A stretch of DNA of 64,000 nucleotides from a virus. Lineage: Duplodnaviria; Caudoviricetes. Both the position numbers and the translations under genes were made by a program. The stretch lies in the IMG/VR virus record IMGVR_UViG_3300029705_000042; one strand, given 5' to 3'. The notes beneath the pieces are model-generated. The model did not search any database. It had not been told where the DNA came from and saw nothing but the letters and a program-made list of their open reading frames with translations. This document shows, in pieces, positions 63,827-64,000 of the stretch. Position 1 is the stretch's first letter, and each line of letters opens with the position of its first letter.

Positions 63827-63923
63827 TTTATTAATCCTCTCAATATATATTATTTTTATATTTTATAACCTTATTTGTTATGTAAATTGGAATATATCTT
63901 TATACTTCCTCTTGACTGTATAT

Positions 63924-63952
63924 ATTATATCACAATAATATTTACTTGTCAA
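63924..63952 (-). promoter_or_regulatory. Consensus sigma70/sigmaA promoter with extended -10, pointing into the membrane gene and tRNA array
   Basis: Minus strand TTGACA-AGTAAATATTATTGTGA(17)-TATAAT. Confidence 0.75.
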
Positions 63953-64000
63953 TAGGTTTTTTGAAATTTTTTAAAAATTTTTTATTTTTATTTTATTTGT

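Overview
AT-rich segment of a large temperate tailed phage, probably a siphovirus of a Firmicute (Clostridia-like) host. The + strand (1-55.4 kb) is a very long tail/lysis module. It is followed by a Cro/CI-type HTH gene, a large serine integrase with a symmetric attP-like site, and then minus-strand small genes (including ThyX-like) and an array of six tRNAs. Main points: (1) a ~3.9-kb invertible cassette next to an intact tyrosine recombinase, bounded by in-frame inverted repeats, predicted to swap the C-terminus of a tail protein between a polysaccharide-deacetylase-like and a metallophosphoesterase module; (2) three group I introns with homing endonucleases that split the ~4038-aa tape measure gene (twice) and a ~2390-aa tail protein, one with a predicted non-canonical C-G 5' splice pair and one with a perfect internal promoter; (3) a transposase-less, catalytically intact TnpB with a putative omegaRNA inside the tail operon; (4) a ~500-nt structured non-coding region inside the tRNA array; (5) a repressor-like gene apparently starting at ATT and a degenerate resolvase-fold ORF beside attP. 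All family assignments are from motif recognition by eye, with no database searches.
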